A program made the translations under genes and the position numbers. Source: Parcubacteria group bacterium LiPW_15 (lineage in GTDB: Bacteria > Patescibacteriota > Minisyncoccia > UBA6257 > 2-01-FULL-56-20). Taken from it: a stretch of DNA of 64,000 bases. The stretch covers positions 5,139-69,138 of the forward strand of contig VMER01000001.1 in NCBI GenBank assembly GCA_007375645.1. The letters are read 5' to 3'. The stretch's first letter is position 1, and every line of letters starts with the position of its first letter. Shown in pieces: positions 63,503 through 64,000 of the stretch. Under the pieces are notes generated by a model. It had not been told where the DNA came from. It did not search any database and was given only the letters and a program-made list of their open reading frames with translations.

Positions 63503-64000
63503 TGAAACTTATTGAGAAAACACCCAAAGAAAAACTGGAGGGAGTAGGTCTTTTGCGGCTAGATTTCAACAGCGAAGATAATTGGCGGATGAAAGCAGCT
63601 CTTCCGACCCTGCGCTATCTATCTGGTCCGGCGCGGGTTCTGGTGATACTAAGCCACAAAGGAAGGCCTATTGGGTTCAGCAAGAACCTAAGCTTGAAAA
63701 AAGTCGCGGAAAATTTGGGAAAGCTTTTGCATCGCAAAATAACGTTCATTCCTCATTTTAATTTTGAACTCATAAAACACGAGATAAGCCGAGCGGCGGA
63801 CGGTTCTATTTTTATGTTGGAAAACCTGAGGTTCATTCCGGGCGAGGAAACCAACTCCGCAGAGCTGGGAAAGAAACTCGCATCCTTGGGCGACTACTAT
63901 GTGAATGAAGCATTTGCAGTGTCCCATAGGGCTCATGCCTCGGTTTCGGCCATAACCCGATATTTGCCGAGTTATGCCGGACTTGGAATGGCTCGCGAAG
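63499..64000 (+). CDS. pgk: Phosphoglycerate kinase (N-terminal part, runs off window)
   Basis: LRLDFNSE, VLVILSHKGRP and LENLRFIPGEE are PGK N-domain signatures. Start ATG overlaps the stop of the upstream gene. Confidence 0.75.
   Translation, partial: MMKLIEKTPKEKLEGVGLLRLDFNSEDNWRMKAALPTLRYLSGPARVLVILSHKGRPIGFSKNLSLKKVAENLGKLLHRKITFIPHFNFELIKHEISRAADGSIFMLENLRFIPGEETNSAELGKKLASLGDYYVNEAFAVSHRAHASVSAITRYLPSYAGLGMARE

Noticed and set aside
1-64000. CRISPR arrays, cas genes, integrases, transposases, restriction-modification genes
   Set aside because: No regularly spaced direct repeats with unique spacers and no recognisable catalytic motifs for these families were seen. The tandem repeats at 33177-33290 are tRNA-fragment copies of unequal content, not CRISPR-like.

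Overview
The window reads as a low-to-mid GC (roughly 48-52%) bacterial chromosome segment dominated by housekeeping genes. Short tRNA synthetases (AlaRS of about 610 aa, ProRS of 413 aa with no editing domain, ValRS of about 730 aa), an RpoA lacking the alpha-CTD, a lysine-rich RpoD N-terminus and abundant prepilin-type proteins suggest a Patescibacteria/CPR-like genome, but that is inference only.

Clearly supported content:
- Cell division and shape: ftsA-ftsZ and mreB-mreC-mreD-PBP2.
- Replication and transcription: dnaG-rpoD.
- Translation: a ribosomal cluster infA-rpmJ-rpsM-rpsK-rpsD-rpoA-rplQ-rplM-rpsI, plus rpsU, rpmB and rplU, and four synthetases (hisS, alaS, valS, proS).
- Other core genes: pth, lepB, a HIT protein, ybeY, rmuC, znuCB, tsaD, hsp20 and a partial pgk.
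- RNA genes: three tRNAs, Gly-CCC, Pro-GGG and Glu-UUC.

Accessory and unusual content:
- A type IV pilus-like cluster (383-4557) with a LamG-domain prepilin, a Trp-rich repeat protein and a PilM-PilN fusion.
- A second pilin locus (43337-50236) followed by two giant secreted repeat proteins.
- A GC-rich island (about 39090-41560) inserted between tsaD and tRNA-Glu, carrying an SPFH-domain protein and an M17 leucyl aminopeptidase. Both start with GTG and each sits behind a near-identical 60-nt promoter/leader.
- A tRNA-Pro locus with direct repeats of tRNA 5' and 3' fragments (att-like scars), next to an SLT lytic transglycosylase preceded by a riboswitch-like leader with an intrinsic terminator.
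- An ~80-nt structured repeat present twice (27520-27603 and 43191-43269).
- A 20-nt perfect palindrome present twice (20849 and 59008), the second copy embedded in a roughly 65% GC segment that encodes a small ORF.
- A hairpin-dense 400-nt intergenic stretch after rplU.
- A VirD4/TraD-like coupling ATPase next to a GT39 glycosyltransferase.

No CRISPR array, cas gene, integrase or transposase was recognised. The accessory loci are the most likely places for anything novel.
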